Source: a bacterium
GTDB taxonomy: Bacteria > Patescibacteriota > Gracilibacteria > UBA1369 > PNNO01
Direction: 5' to 3'
DNA length: 64,000 nt
Assembly: GCA_021158225.1 (NCBI GenBank)
Contig: JAGGUZ010000005.1
Location: 18,882-82,881, forward strand
Positions 1 to 10,465 of this stretch are shown in pieces. Each line of letters starts with the position of its first letter. The stretch's first letter is position 1. Both the position numbers and the translations under genes were made by a program. Below the pieces are notes generated by a model. That model had not been told where the DNA came from, made no database searches, and saw only the letters and a list, made by a program, of their open reading frames with translations.

Positions 1-480
1 AGCAATTCCTTCCGTAGATGCGTGAGCTCTGTGAACTGTTCCGAAAGCATCACTTATGTATAAATCTGCATAACTTGCTAATTTTTTTGCAAATTCTTTA
101 TTGTTCTCTTTTTCTTCTTTATGAAAGCGAGTATTTTCAAGCATTAAGATATTCCCGAAACCAAGTGAAGATATAGCTTTATCAACATCTTTTCCTACAC
201 ATTTATCAACTTTTATAACAGGTTTGCCGATAAGTTCGGCAAGTCTTTTTGCAATAGGATCAAGCCTTAATTTCTCATCAATTTCACCCTTTGGTCTACC
301 TAGATGTGACATTAAAATTATTTTGGCTCCTTGCTCTATTAAATATTTTATTGTTGGGAGAGATTCTTTTATTCTTGTGTCATCTTTTATAATTCCATTG
401 TCCAGAGGGACATTGTAATCCATACGCACAATTGCTGTTTTCCCTTGCAAATTGGCTTGTGTAATCTTCTTAAGTTTCAT
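1..480 (-). CDS. pgk: Phosphoglycerate kinase, N-terminal part (runs off the window edge)
   Basis: Manual translation from ATG at 480: [25 protein letters not shown]...DDTRI...MSHLGRPKG...LENTRF...[12 protein letters not shown], all PGK motifs. Not in the ORF track because it is truncated. Confidence 0.96.
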   Translation of the reverse strand, partial: MKLKKITQANLQGKTAIVRMDYNVPLDNGIIKDDTRIKESLPTIKYLIEQGAKIILMSHLGRPKGEIDEKLRLDPIAKRLAELIGKPVIKVDKCVGKDVDKAISSLGFGNILMLENTRFHKEEKENNKEFAKKLASYADLYISDAFGTVHRAHASTEGIA

Positions 481-490
481 TGTTGTTGAA

Positions 491-943
491 TTAGAATGAT
501 GATAAAGTTTGTATAATCGAAAGTGCACTTTGAGCGTATTCCTTACCGAGAATTATTCTTTTTTCAGCTTGTGTCTTTGTTAATGTCGTTAGAATTCCTT
601 GTATAATCGGAACACCTGTTTTTAGTGAAACTTTCATTAATCCATTAATACTCTCTCGTGATACATGCTCGTAATGGCTGGTTTCTCCTTTTATAACAAC
701 TCCAAGTGCGACAACCGCATCCGGAGATTTTTTCTCGATGATTTTTTGCGCGGTTAAAGGGATTTCCAGAGCTCCGGGTACTCGAATTGTTTTTAAGTTT
801 TCTACTCCGTGTTTTTTAAGCTCTCTAACCGTGGTTTTTAGCAGTTCTTCTCCAATTTGACTATTGAACTCGGAGAATATTATAACGATTTTACATTTTT
901 CACCATTTAAATCTTGCCTATCTCTAATATTGTGAATAGCCAT
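491..943 (-). CDS. ribH: 6,7-dimethyl-8-ribityllumazine synthase
   Basis: [31 protein letters not shown] motifs. Confidence 0.96.
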   Translation of the reverse strand: MAIHNIRDRQDLNGEKCKIVIIFSEFNSQIGEELLKTTVRELKKHGVENLKTIRVPGALEIPLTAQKIIEKKSPDAVVALGVVIKGETSHYEHVSRESINGLMKVSLKTGVPIIQGILTTLTKTQAEKRIILGKEYAQSALSIIQTLSSF

Positions 944-945
944 AA

Positions 946-1581
946 TTAAATAAATCCGCGATCTTTAAGAAATTCATAATTGGTTTGGTTGTCTCGTTCG
1001 TCAAAGAGTTGCTTTAAATAGCGAGAAAGTGTATCTATTTCGATATTAACAAGCGAATCCACGGTTTTTTCTCCAAGGGTGGTGTGTTTTAATGTATATG
1101 GGATAACAGAAACTATAAAACTGCCCGATTCCAACATGGAAATTGTAAGACTTATACCGTCTATGCTAATGGATCCTTTTAATGCCATGAATTTTCTTAA
1201 GTTTTTCGGATAAGCGATTTCTATATCTTTTGTATCTCCAGCGATTTTAACGGATTTTATCTTTCCAGTTGAATCGATGTGACCCATAACAAAATGTCCG
1301 TTTAAGGCATCGTGCATTGTTAAAGACGGCTCAATATTCACTTTTGTATTTATTCCCCATGAAGAAACGGAAGTCCTTTTGATTGTCTCCGACATGTATT
1401 GAAATTTAAGTTTGTTTCCTTCCTTCTCAACAATGGTTGAACAAATGCCGTCTACGTTTATGGAATCTCCTTTGTTTAAATGCTCAGAGTCAAGATCTGT
1501 TGCAATTAAAACTTCAAACAGATCGTCATTCTTTTTTATACTCGTAATTGTACCGATTGATTTAATTATTCCAGTGAACAT
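946..1581 (-). CDS. ribE: Riboflavin synthase (alpha chain)
   Basis: MFTGII N-terminus, GHFVMGHID, KGSISIDGISLT, VNIEID. Confidence 0.96.
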   Translation of the reverse strand: MFTGIIKSIGTITSIKKNDDLFEVLIATDLDSEHLNKGDSINVDGICSTIVEKEGNKLKFQYMSETIKRTSVSSWGINTKVNIEPSLTMHDALNGHFVMGHIDSTGKIKSVKIAGDTKDIEIAYPKNLRKFMALKGSISIDGISLTISMLESGSFIVSVIPYTLKHTTLGEKTVDSLVNIEIDTLSRYLKQLFDERDNQTNYEFLKDRGFI

Positions 1582-1713
1582 AAAAAGATGTTATTCGTGC
1601 ATTATTATTATTTATCTTGTGGAATAGAACAAGTAAAAAAGTTTTAATAATATTTTTAATATTTTTTAATACATGTCTTGTAAGTTTTAAATATCTATTA
1701 TTTAACCCTTACG

Positions 1714-2115
1714 ATGATGAAAAGTCTCAATCGGGTATCACTTCTCGGAAATCTTGTTGCGGATCCGGAAGTTAGAGAAACGCAAAATGGCAATAGTGTG
1801 GCCAATTTTGCAATTGCAACAAATCGGAGATGGAAAAATACCGATGGTGAGTTAAAAGGTAAAACTGATTTCCATAGAGTTGTCGCATGGAGAAAACTCG
1901 GACAACTTTGCGGAGAGTATCTTAAAAAAGGTTCAAGTGTTTATTTGGAAGGGCAACTTCAAAATAGAACTTACGATACCGATAAAGGAGAAAAACGTTT
2001 CATTACCGAAATAGTTGCTAAAGATATAAATATACTTACTTGGAAAAAAGGTAAAGAAGGTGCGGTGGATGCAGAAGTTGTTTCGCTCGAGGAAGACAAA
2101 AACGTTGAAGAATAA
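1714..2115 (+). CDS. ssb: Single-stranded DNA-binding protein; lacks the C-terminal DDIPF tip, possibly a second paralogue
   Basis: LNRVSLLGNL..DPE, FHRVVAW, YLKKGSSVYLEG. Confidence 0.93.
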   Translation: MMKSLNRVSLLGNLVADPEVRETQNGNSVANFAIATNRRWKNTDGELKGKTDFHRVVAWRKLGQLCGEYLKKGSSVYLEGQLQNRTYDTDKGEKRFITEIVAKDINILTWKKGKEGAVDAEVVSLEEDKNVEE

Positions 2116-2174
2116 ATGCTATTTGTTTGAATTTTTGTTAAACTGAGTATGCGTTCTGCAGATTTAAAGAGCGC

Positions 2175-3092
2175 ATGCTCATGCAACTATCGATAATTAT
2201 CCCAACATACAACAGGGCGGAAATTTTAAAAGATTGTCTTAGAAGATTAAATAATCAAGATTTTATAAAGAATGAATTTGAAGTTATTGTTGTTGATGAT
2301 GGAAGTACCGATAATACCAAGGAAGTCGTTAAGAATGCACAAAAAAAGTCTTCCGTTGAAATAAATTATCTTTATCAAAAGAATCAAGGGCAGGGAGTAG
2401 CTCGTAATTATGCGCTTCGATATGCAAAAGGGAGAATAATTGTATTTATTGGTGATGATATTTTGGTTTTGCCTGATTTTGTAAAGCAACATTTAAATTA
2501 TCATCGTAGGTATCGTCGTGAAAATGAGGCTGTTCTTGGTTTTATAGGTTGGGATCCTCGGCTTGAAGTTACGCCGTTTATGGAATGGCTTACAAATGGA
2601 TCGTCCGTATTTGGCAGATTTGGTGGACATCAATTTGCTTTTGAGAAACTTCAAGGCAAGAAGAAGGCTGATTTTAATTTCTTCTATACATCAAATATTT
2701 CGCTTAAAAAGTCGTTATTAAAAAGACATCCGTTTGATTCCAAATTCAGTTCTTACGGATGGGAAGATATAGAGCTGGGTTACCGTCTTACCAAAAAAGA
2801 GAATTTAATTCTTTACTACAATCCTATGGCGATAGGATATCATTTTCATGAAATGGATGAATCCGGGTTTGAAAAAAGAATGTATGCAATAGGTAAATCT
2901 GCACACTTATTCCATAAAAAATATCCGGAACTTAAAAAAGTTCCGCAAAAATGGAAGCAAATTATTTTTTCCGTTATTTCAAGCAAGATAGTGCTTGGTA
3001 TTTTAAAAAAATTCGGTAAAAACACGCTTTATTATTACGCTCTTTCAAAGAAATATTACCTGGAAGGTATAAGAAATGGAGCAAAAGCTTAA
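2175..3092 (+). CDS. Glycosyltransferase family 2
   Basis: SIIIPTYNR, VVDDGSTD, ARN, GDD, YGWEDIELGYRL. Confidence 0.92.
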   Translation: MLMQLSIIIPTYNRAEILKDCLRRLNNQDFIKNEFEVIVVDDGSTDNTKEVVKNAQKKSSVEINYLYQKNQGQGVARNYALRYAKGRIIVFIGDDILVLPDFVKQHLNYHRRYRRENEAVLGFIGWDPRLEVTPFMEWLTNGSSVFGRFGGHQFAFEKLQGKKKADFNFFYTSNISLKKSLLKRHPFDSKFSSYGWEDIELGYRLTKKENLILYYNPMAIGYHFHEMDESGFEKRMYAIGKSAHLFHKKYPELKKVPQKWKQIIFSVISSKIVLGILKKFGKNTLYYYALSKKYYLEGIRNGAKA

Positions 3093-3418
3093 TTATTGCC
3101 GTTAGCGCCATCTTCAACAATGTCCGGAAGCGTATTTTGATATCTGTTATTCATCTCGGTTCTGATATCGTCCGGGTTTTGCTCGGGTATTTCATGAGAC
3201 ATTTCATCAATGGCACTCATTTGTTTTATTAAAATTGTGCATGATCCGTCTTCCCTTTGAAATACTCGATATTCGTTATCTATCATTTTTATCATCTGAG
3301 AAGCTTCATCCTCGTTAAGCCCGTCGGCATCTAATTGCCAACCTTGATTTAGAAGATTTTGTACTTCGTTCTCATCGTAATATTCAAATGTTTCACCTTC
3401 TATTGTTTCGGTATCCAT
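3089..3418 (-). CDS. Hypothetical acidic protein
   Basis: 109-aa ATG ORF filling the intergenic space, strongly D/E-rich, no recognised motif. Confidence 0.65.
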   Translation of the reverse strand: MDTETIEGETFEYYDENEVQNLLNQGWQLDADGLNEDEASQMIKMIDNEYRVFQREDGSCTILIKQMSAIDEMSHEIPEQNPDDIRTEMNNRYQNTLPDIVEDGANGNN

Positions 3419-3543
3419 TGTTAATTGTCGTTAATTTAATATTATCTTATAATTATACTATATAATTAAAAATAAATCAAATTACAGATATGTCAACAAA
3501 CGGCTTATTTAAGGCTCGAGTAGTTGTTTAGATGTAGAAAGAA

Positions 3544-3552
3544 TGGTATAAT
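3544..3552 (+). promoter_or_regulatory. Extended -10 promoter TGgTATAAT, probably giving a leaderless mRNA
   Basis: TGGTATAAT ends 6 nt before the ATG at 3559. Confidence 0.6.
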
Positions 3553-3558
3553 TAGAAT

Positions 3559-5034
3559 ATGAACAAAAGAATGTTAATTATTGTCGGTGGAGGAACGCTT
3601 GCGGTTCTATTTGTAGGGCTTATTGCGTTTGCCGGAGGATGTTTTAGAAAAAAGGAATACAAAGTTGCTACGAGTAATAAAATAGTAGAATTGACTTACT
3701 ATAAATTATTTGATGATTCCGATGTGATTGAGCCGATAATTCAAGAATATAGAGCTATTCATCCAAATGTAAAAATAAATTACCGTCAGTTTACAGATTC
3801 GGATGAGTATTACGACTTAATTTTAAACGAACTTGCGGAAGGGGAGGGACCTGATATTTTTTCTGTTCCGAATACTTGGTTTGTTAAAAATTATAAAAAG
3901 GTTTATCCGGCTCCTGCAAATATGCTCCCTCCAAAAATATTTGAAGATACTTTTGTATCTGTAACCACCGATGATCTTGTTAAGCAAAATCCGGATACAG
4001 GAGAAATTCTTGTTTACGGAATTCCAATGACAGTTGATACTTTGGCTCTTTATTACAATAAAGATCAATTTGATGATGCGCTTCCCGCTCAAGGAAAGCC
4101 TTCTGTAACATGGGATGGGATTAAAGAGGATGTGTTTAAATTAACCAAAAAAGATAATAGTTTTGAACGATTTGAGGTTTCCGGAATGGCTATGGGATTT
4201 GCGAATAATATTTCGAGGGCTGTTGATATACTTTATTTGTTAATGCTTCAAGATGGTGGGCGTATATATGACCAGAATTATGCAGAAGCTATCTTTGCTC
4301 AACAACAGGGGGTTGATAGCGATGGATCCATTATAAAACCTGGACCTAATGCGCTTAAGCTTTATACAAGTTTCGCGGATCCGGTAAATAAGAACTACTC
4401 TTGGAACGCTTATCTTTCGGATGCATCTTCGGCGGAAAAAGAAATTGCAACTTTCGCACGCGGAAAAGTATCTATGATTATCGGATATTCTTATATGTAT
4501 AATCAGATTCTAAACGAAATTAAACAATTACAGGCAAAAGGACTTTCAACAATAAATCCGGATGTTATAAGAATCGCTATGATTCCACAGAAGAAAGATC
4601 CTGCTCAGTCAACAGAAAAACGTATTGCATATGCCCATTATTTTGCCGAAACGGTTGCCAGAACTTCCGAAAACCCAAGATGGGCTTGGGATTTCCTAAT
4701 GTTTGAAACTTCAAAGGAATCTCTTCAACATTATAATGAGAAAACTCACAAGCCGACAAGTAGGAGGGATCTGATAGAAGAACAAAAAGCAGATCCTATT
4801 TACGGGGTATTTGCCGATCAAATAGGTATTGCGGAAAGTTTTCCAATATATAACGATAAAGCATACGAGAAGATTTTTCTAAAAGCTATAGAGTCTGTAC
4901 TTGCCACAAAAAGTCCGGCGGACGCAATGAAGATTGCACAGGACGAAATAAATGCTATGCTACCCAGCGGAGGATTAATTCCTCAAGTAACGGCTACAGA
5001 TGAAGAAAAAGCAAATTCTAAAAAAAGCACTTAA
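3559..5034 (+). CDS. Extracellular solute-binding protein (carbohydrate ABC SBP family), membrane anchored
   Basis: N-terminal TM/lipobox-like segment, GEGPDIF, DTLALYYNKD, FARGKVSMIIG, AWDFL. Confidence 0.85.
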   Translation: MNKRMLIIVGGGTLAVLFVGLIAFAGGCFRKKEYKVATSNKIVELTYYKLFDDSDVIEPIIQEYRAIHPNVKINYRQFTDSDEYYDLILNELAEGEGPDIFSVPNTWFVKNYKKVYPAPANMLPPKIFEDTFVSVTTDDLVKQNPDTGEILVYGIPMTVDTLALYYNKDQFDDALPAQGKPSVTWDGIKEDVFKLTKKDNSFERFEVSGMAMGFANNISRAVDILYLLMLQDGGRIYDQNYAEAIFAQQQGVDSDGSIIKPGPNALKLYTSFADPVNKNYSWNAYLSDASSAEKEIATFARGKVSMIIGYSYMYNQILNEIKQLQAKGLSTINPDVIRIAMIPQKKDPAQSTEKRIAYAHYFAETVARTSENPRWAWDFLMFETSKESLQHYNEKTHKPTSRRDLIEEQKADPIYGVFADQIGIAESFPIYNDKAYEKIFLKAIESVLATKSPADAMKIAQDEINAMLPSGGLIPQVTATDEEKANSKKST

Positions 5035-6322
5035 AAGTTTAAAGAATATAACCTTCTTAAAGGCAAGCGCATTTACTTTTTATGCGTTTGTTTTTTTAAT
5101 TCCGTTTCAAATTGATGCTCTGGTTTATGCTTCACCTGTTTTTGAGAGTGGGGGTTTTAATCCGTATACATCCGTTTTTTACTATCTTACGGATATTGTT
5201 TTTTTGTTGTCGTTGATTTTCTGGGGAATTGCCCTTGTTAAGGGTGAATATAAAAAGAATTTTACATATGGTAAGTGGATGATATTTATATTACTTATTC
5301 TTTTTGTTGTAGCTGGAGAGGTTTCTGTATTGTTTGCTGATGACAGGTTCCTTTCTTTGATGCTGGTTATAAGATTAGTTGAGATGATTCTTTTGTATCT
5401 TTATATGGTGAATGATGTTGTTAAATTTGATGTTATTATTAATGTTTTTATAGCCTCCGTAAGTTTTCAGGCTGTTATTGCAATTATACAATATATTAAT
5501 CAGGGGCCGATTGGTTTCCATGCTTTGGGTGAACCGTTAATTACTCCAAATACACCTGGAATTGCAAAAATGGACATAGATGGATCAAAAATAATTAGAG
5601 CTTACGGGACATTCTCTCATCCGAACATTTTGGCTGGATATTTAGTAACGGGATTATTTCTAACGCTTCGAAGAATTATACAAAAAGAACATATAGCCTA
5701 CGCAATTATGGCACTACTAATAGTAGCACTTGTTTTAACATTTAGTCGTAGTGCTATCTTGGCCTTAGTTGTTGCAGGTCTCGTGCTTATCTCAATAAGA
5801 GATATAAAAATGTCATTTAAATATATATTACTAGTAATAAGTTTATTTATATTGTTCGTAGTTATTTTTAATCTGGAACAAACGATTTTTAGTAAATTCT
5901 TATTTACCGATAGTGCAAGTTTTACAGAACGTGTTTTTTACTTCTCAATAGCAAAGAAAATGATATATGCACATCCTTTTGGTGTCGGGCTTGGGAATTT
6001 TACTCTTTTAATGCCCAATTTCACGTCGTTAAAGTTGGCTCCGTGGGATTTTCAGCCGGTTCATAACATTTACATGTTAATTGCAAATGAAATCGGATTT
6101 GCAGGATTCGTAGTATTTGTATTGCTTCTGGCGTCTTTTTTTGTTTACCTCTTTATAGGTCAGAAAAAATCGATTGCCGGAATTTTTTTGATGGCCAGCT
6201 TGGTTGCGCTTGCTGTTATAGGTTTGTTTGATCATTATTTATTCTCTCTTTATCAAGGACAAATTCTATTGTTTTTTATATTTGGACTTTCAGGAAAATA
6301 CTTTATGACAAAAAGCCATTAA
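5000..6322 (+). CDS. O-antigen ligase (Wzy_C) family membrane protein
   Basis: RAYGTFSHPNILAGYL, LTFSRSA, HPFGVGLGNF, PVHNIY; many TM helices. Confidence 0.88.
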   Translation: MKKKQILKKALKSLKNITFLKASAFTFYAFVFLIPFQIDALVYASPVFESGGFNPYTSVFYYLTDIVFLLSLIFWGIALVKGEYKKNFTYGKWMIFILLILFVVAGEVSVLFADDRFLSLMLVIRLVEMILLYLYMVNDVVKFDVIINVFIASVSFQAVIAIIQYINQGPIGFHALGEPLITPNTPGIAKMDIDGSKIIRAYGTFSHPNILAGYLVTGLFLTLRRIIQKEHIAYAIMALLIVALVLTFSRSAILALVVAGLVLISIRDIKMSFKYILLVISLFILFVVIFNLEQTIFSKFLFTDSASFTERVFYFSIAKKMIYAHPFGVGLGNFTLLMPNFTSLKLAPWDFQPVHNIYMLIANEIGFAGFVVFVLLLASFFVYLFIGQKKSIAGIFLMASLVALAVIGLFDHYLFSLYQGQILLFFIFGLSGKYFMTKSH

Positions 6323-7217
6323 TGAATTCTTTTGCCGATAGAGGTCTTTTCCCTTCCGGTTGAAGTTTTGTAATTTCTAAAGTTCCGTCTTTCGTTCCAA
6401 GCAATATCTTCCCATCGCTATTTTTTAACATACCGGCGTTAATTTTTTCCCTTCCGTTATGAATATTCATTTCAAGTAGCTTTAATCGTTTATTTTTGAA
6501 GATCATATAAATCCCGGGCCATGGTGTAAATGCTCTTAGCTTATTATATATGTCATTTGTTTTTTCTTCTTTTGGATTAACCAAAGCGTCTGTTTTTGAG
6601 ATTTTATGACAATAAGTTGCCAATGATTCATCTTGAGGAATAGGGGTAAAAATTCCGTCTTTAATGTCATGCAGAATATACGGTAACATAACGGCTCCGA
6701 AATTAGATAATTTTTCAGAAAGAGATTTCGAAGTATCTGTCTTCCCAATATTAAATTTCTTAAGCAAATATATGTCGCCGGTATCAAGATTTTCATCAAG
6801 GCTCATAAAACTAAGGCCAGTTTTGTTATCTCCATTAAGTAGTGCGGATTGGATAGGAGATGCTCCTCTGTATTTCGGCAGTAAAGAAGCATGAATATTT
6901 ATGCAATCGTATTTTGGAATATCCAAAATTTCGCGCGGGAGAATTGCTCCATAGGCGATAACAACTATAAAATCCGGATTTAAGCCTTTTAAGAGATTAA
7001 TAAATTCCGGATTGTCTTTGATTTTTTCAGGTTGCAATACTGTTATCCCGGCTTCTTTAGCAAACTTTTTAACAGGTGGCTCAGCGATTTCCATTTTTCT
7101 TCCCACAGGTTTATCGGGTTGAGTCACAATGGCTTCTATTTCAATTTCATCATTTTCCTCCAAATGATCCAAGAATGGAACAGCAAATTGAGGGGTTCCA
7201 AAGAATATAACTTTCAT
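6303..7217 (-). CDS. fmt: Methionyl-tRNA formyltransferase
   Basis: FFGTPQFA, VTQPDKPVGR, INIHASLLPKYRGASPIQ, RAFTPWPG. Confidence 0.97.
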   Translation of the reverse strand: MKVIFFGTPQFAVPFLDHLEENDEIEIEAIVTQPDKPVGRKMEIAEPPVKKFAKEAGITVLQPEKIKDNPEFINLLKGLNPDFIVVIAYGAILPREILDIPKYDCINIHASLLPKYRGASPIQSALLNGDNKTGLSFMSLDENLDTGDIYLLKKFNIGKTDTSKSLSEKLSNFGAVMLPYILHDIKDGIFTPIPQDESLATYCHKISKTDALVNPKEEKTNDIYNKLRAFTPWPGIYMIFKNKRLKLLEMNIHNGREKINAGMLKNSDGKILLGTKDGTLEITKLQPEGKRPLSAKEFINGFLS

Positions 7218-7312
7218 GATATTGATTTAATGTACGGCTCGATTGTACGTTATTGGCTTTTTCTTAGCAAACAAACTATGGTATTATTACGATCGTATAA
7301 TAAATAAGAATT

Positions 7313-7936
7313 ATGTCAGCTTTACATCAATATTTGTTTTCGGATTATCTTGATGACGAAGAAGAAGTTGTCTTTGTTGCTCATCGTCATTTTTTTGTGT
7401 TTGTGCCGGATATCTTACGTATACTTGTTTTTCACTTACTTATTCCGTTTGGATTTTGGTTTTTATTCCCACAACTTTTATGGATTTATATAATTTGGTT
7501 TGTTATTGGTATTTTTAGAACTCTTTTTGTTATACAAGATTGGTATTATGATTGTTGGCTTATAACAAATATGGGTGTTATTGGTGTTGAATGGACCGGC
7601 TATTTTGAAAGAACTTCTTCTCGCGTGGAATATCAATCTATTGAGGGAATGGGATATACGATTAAAGGTGTGCTTGCAACTATGTTTAATTATGGAAATG
7701 TAAAACTTGCTAAACTTGGTGGATCTACATTCGTTACATTAAAAGATGCATATAATCCAAAAAAAATCGAGCGCAAACTTGTATCTTTCCAAGAAAAATT
7801 TATGAAGGAAAAAAACTTTACGGATCAGGAAGTTTTAAAGCAACTTTTATCCGATCTTGTTATTGAACATGTAAAAAAACACGGTTTGCCGAACAGCGAG
7901 GAAGAGGATAGTCAAGTTAAGAATATATCAAAATAA
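7313..7936 (+). CDS. Membrane protein with bacterial PH-like domain
   Basis: Two TM helices then WYYDCWLITNMGVI...IEG...FNYGNV, a bPH_2-like pattern. Confidence 0.65.
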   Translation: MSALHQYLFSDYLDDEEEVVFVAHRHFFVFVPDILRILVFHLLIPFGFWFLFPQLLWIYIIWFVIGIFRTLFVIQDWYYDCWLITNMGVIGVEWTGYFERTSSRVEYQSIEGMGYTIKGVLATMFNYGNVKLAKLGGSTFVTLKDAYNPKKIERKLVSFQEKFMKEKNFTDQEVLKQLLSDLVIEHVKKHGLPNSEEEDSQVKNISK

Positions 7937-7945
7937 TCATTACGT

Positions 7946-8359
7946 ATGGAGACAATTGTTTTTTTTGTTATAGCGACGATTATATTGTTGGCTTTTATCC
8001 TGGCGTTTTATGTCTTTATTAAAGCAGGATCAGGAAAATTAAGCAGGGGAGACAAGCAGTTCATAAAGAAACAATGGAGAAATATTGTAAAAGAAGTTCC
8101 CGATAATGTTCATACGGCAATTTTGAATGCCGATAAATTACTTGGATATACCCTTAAATTACGTGGGTATATTGGCTCTGTCGGCGAACAACTAAAAAAG
8201 AGTGGAAATCTTTTTAGTTCTGTTAATGATGTTTGGTTCGCTCATAAAACAAGGAATAGGATTGCACATGAGATGAATGTAAAAATAACAAGTCAAGAAG
8301 GCAAAAAAGTAATTGCTATTTTCAAGAAAGCACTTGGTGAACTTGGCATAAAATTATAA
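7946..8359 (+). CDS. Membrane-anchored helical protein with HEPN-like RxxxxH motif
   Basis: N-terminal TM, AILNADKLL, W.AHKTRNRIAHE. Confidence 0.6.
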   Translation: METIVFFVIATIILLAFILAFYVFIKAGSGKLSRGDKQFIKKQWRNIVKEVPDNVHTAILNADKLLGYTLKLRGYIGSVGEQLKKSGNLFSSVNDVWFAHKTRNRIAHEMNVKITSQEGKKVIAIFKKALGELGIKL

Positions 8360-8362
8360 ATC

Positions 8363-8953
8363 ATGATTAAATCAGATCGTTACATAATGGGGGTTTCCGG
8401 ATATCTCGGTTCCGGAAAAACCACAGCTCTTTCTTTTCTTGAAAAACGAGGTTTTTCTTGTATCGATGCTGATGAAATTGTTCATGATTTGTATGAACCG
8501 GGTGAAGATGGATGGCGTAAGATTAAAGATTTTTTCGGGGAGGAGTTTCTTGTGGGTAAAGACGAGAAAGTTAACAGGTCAAAGCTTAGAAAAGTAGTAT
8601 TTAATAATGTTCCAAAACTAAAAATTCTTGAAAAAATAATTCATCCGCTTGTGTTTAACGAAATGCGCAAAAGGATTCATCGTGCTGATTCCAATAAAAT
8701 AGCTATTGAATCAATTAAATTTGATGAAAAAAGAATGGGAACAAATCTTGATAAGATTATCTGGATAGATGCTCCTCGCAAGATGGCTTACGAACGTATG
8801 GTAAAAAATATGAATATTTCCATAGAAGAATATAATACAATAAGGCAGTTGCAAGAAAAACCTGTTAAAATAGATTTTGTAATAAAAAATAATAAAGGTT
8901 TAGACGAATTTTCAAAAAAAGTTGATGAAGTTATACAAAGCCTAGTAAAATAA
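8363..8953 (+). CDS. coaE: Dephospho-CoA kinase
   Basis: GVSGYLGSGKTT P-loop, IDADEIVH, LEKIIHPLV. Confidence 0.92.
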   Translation: MIKSDRYIMGVSGYLGSGKTTALSFLEKRGFSCIDADEIVHDLYEPGEDGWRKIKDFFGEEFLVGKDEKVNRSKLRKVVFNNVPKLKILEKIIHPLVFNEMRKRIHRADSNKIAIESIKFDEKRMGTNLDKIIWIDAPRKMAYERMVKNMNISIEEYNTIRQLQEKPVKIDFVIKNNKGLDEFSKKVDEVIQSLVK

Positions 8954-8976
8954 ACTTAGCCTAGTAAAATAAACTT
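8939..8976. repeat. Perfect 19-bp tandem duplication (AGCCTAGTAAAATAAACTT x2)
   Basis: Copies at 8939-8957 and 8958-8976, spanning the coaE stop and abutting the gatB ATG. Confidence 0.9.
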
Positions 8977-10407
8977 ATGACAGAATTTGAAACCGTTATC
9001 GGTATAGAAATCCATGCCCAAATAGCTACAAAAACAAAGATGTTTTGTAGATGTGACAATGATTCTTTTGATAAAGAGCCAAACAGTAATGTTTGTGAGA
9101 TTTGCATGGGCTTTCCAGGGCAACTCCCGGTAGTTAACGATGAAGCTGTACAAAAAGGTATAAAAGCTTCCCTTGCGCTTAACTGCAATATTCCTGAATA
9201 TAGCAAATTTGATAGGAAAAATTATTTTTATCCGGATTTACCAAAAGGATTTCAAATTTCGCAATTCGATAAACCCTTGGCGGAGAAAGGATGGATTGAA
9301 ATTGATGTGGATGGGAAAATTAAAAGAATAAATATAACTCGTCTTCATTTGGAAGATGATGCTGGGAAATTAACACATGTTCCAGGCGGTACATTAATTG
9401 ATTACAATAGAGCTGGGACACCTTTAATGGAAATAGTTTCTGAGCCTGATATGCGAAGTTCTCAGGAAGCAATGGCTTACGCAAAAGAAATTCAAAATAT
9501 TCTGCGTTTTTGCGGATCTTCTGATGCCGATATGGAAAAAGGAATGATGCGCTTTGATGCCAGTGTCTCTATAAGGACGAAAGGGGAGAGTAAGCTCTAC
9601 AATAGAGCTGAAATTAAAAATTTGAATTCGTTTAGAAGTTTGGGGGCCGCTATTGAATATGAATCTGAAAGGCAAATGAATCTTTGGCAGGATGGGAATC
9701 CTCTTACTAAAGATATTACCGTCGGATGGGCTGATGATACTCAGAAAACATATTTCTTACGTGATAAAGAAGGGTTTGATGATTACAGGTTTTTTCCTGA
9801 GCCGGATATTCCACCATTACTTGTTAACAAAGAAGATCTCGAGGTAATTGCGGCATCTGTCCCGGAAATGCCTGCGCAAAAAAGAAAAAGATACAAAAAA
9901 GATTTTCAATTACTTCCGGATGATATAAGAATTTTAACTTCCGATTTATATACAGCTCAATATTTTGAAAAAATCGTTTCCATGATAGAAGATCCGAAAA
10001 AAGCTGTTTCTTTTATGAATACCATCTTACTTAAACGACTGAAAGAAGAGCAAATTAGTTTAAAAGAAAGCCCGATTAGCGCCGAAGATCTTGGCAGATT
10101 AATTCAGCTTGTTGAAAGCGGAGATATATCGAATAATCAAGCTAAAGGTGAAGTTTTTGATGTGATGTACGAAGAAAGGAAGAATGCTGATGATATTGTG
10201 AGAGATAGAGGACTGCAGGTTGTGAGTAATAAAGATGTAATAGAGGATATTTGCAAAAAAGTTATAGAAGGTAATCCCGGACCGGTTGAAGATTTTAGAT
10301 CTGGTAAAGGCAAGGCATTCGGGTTTCTTGTCGGGCAAGTGATGAAAGAGAGCAAGGGGCAGGCAAATCCAAAGATTGTGAATGAAATATTAAAAAGAAT
10401 TATTTAA
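8977..10407 (+). CDS. gatB: Asp/Glu-tRNA amidotransferase subunit B
   Basis: IGIEIHAQ, FDRKNYFYPDLPKGFQISQ, DYNRAGTPLMEIVSEPD, DYRFFPEPD. Confidence 0.98.
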   Translation: MTEFETVIGIEIHAQIATKTKMFCRCDNDSFDKEPNSNVCEICMGFPGQLPVVNDEAVQKGIKASLALNCNIPEYSKFDRKNYFYPDLPKGFQISQFDKPLAEKGWIEIDVDGKIKRINITRLHLEDDAGKLTHVPGGTLIDYNRAGTPLMEIVSEPDMRSSQEAMAYAKEIQNILRFCGSSDADMEKGMMRFDASVSIRTKGESKLYNRAEIKNLNSFRSLGAAIEYESERQMNLWQDGNPLTKDITVGWADDTQKTYFLRDKEGFDDYRFFPEPDIPPLLVNKEDLEVIAASVPEMPAQKRKRYKKDFQLLPDDIRILTSDLYTAQYFEKIVSMIEDPKKAVSFMNTILLKRLKEEQISLKESPISAEDLGRLIQLVESGDISNNQAKGEVFDVMYEERKNADDIVRDRGLQVVSNKDVIEDICKKVIEGNPGPVEDFRSGKGKAFGFLVGQVMKESKGQANPKIVNEILKRII

Positions 10408-10465
10408 CATTGCCGAGTTAGGGATATTGATTTAAAATATATTAAGCATTCTTACCATCAAAATT

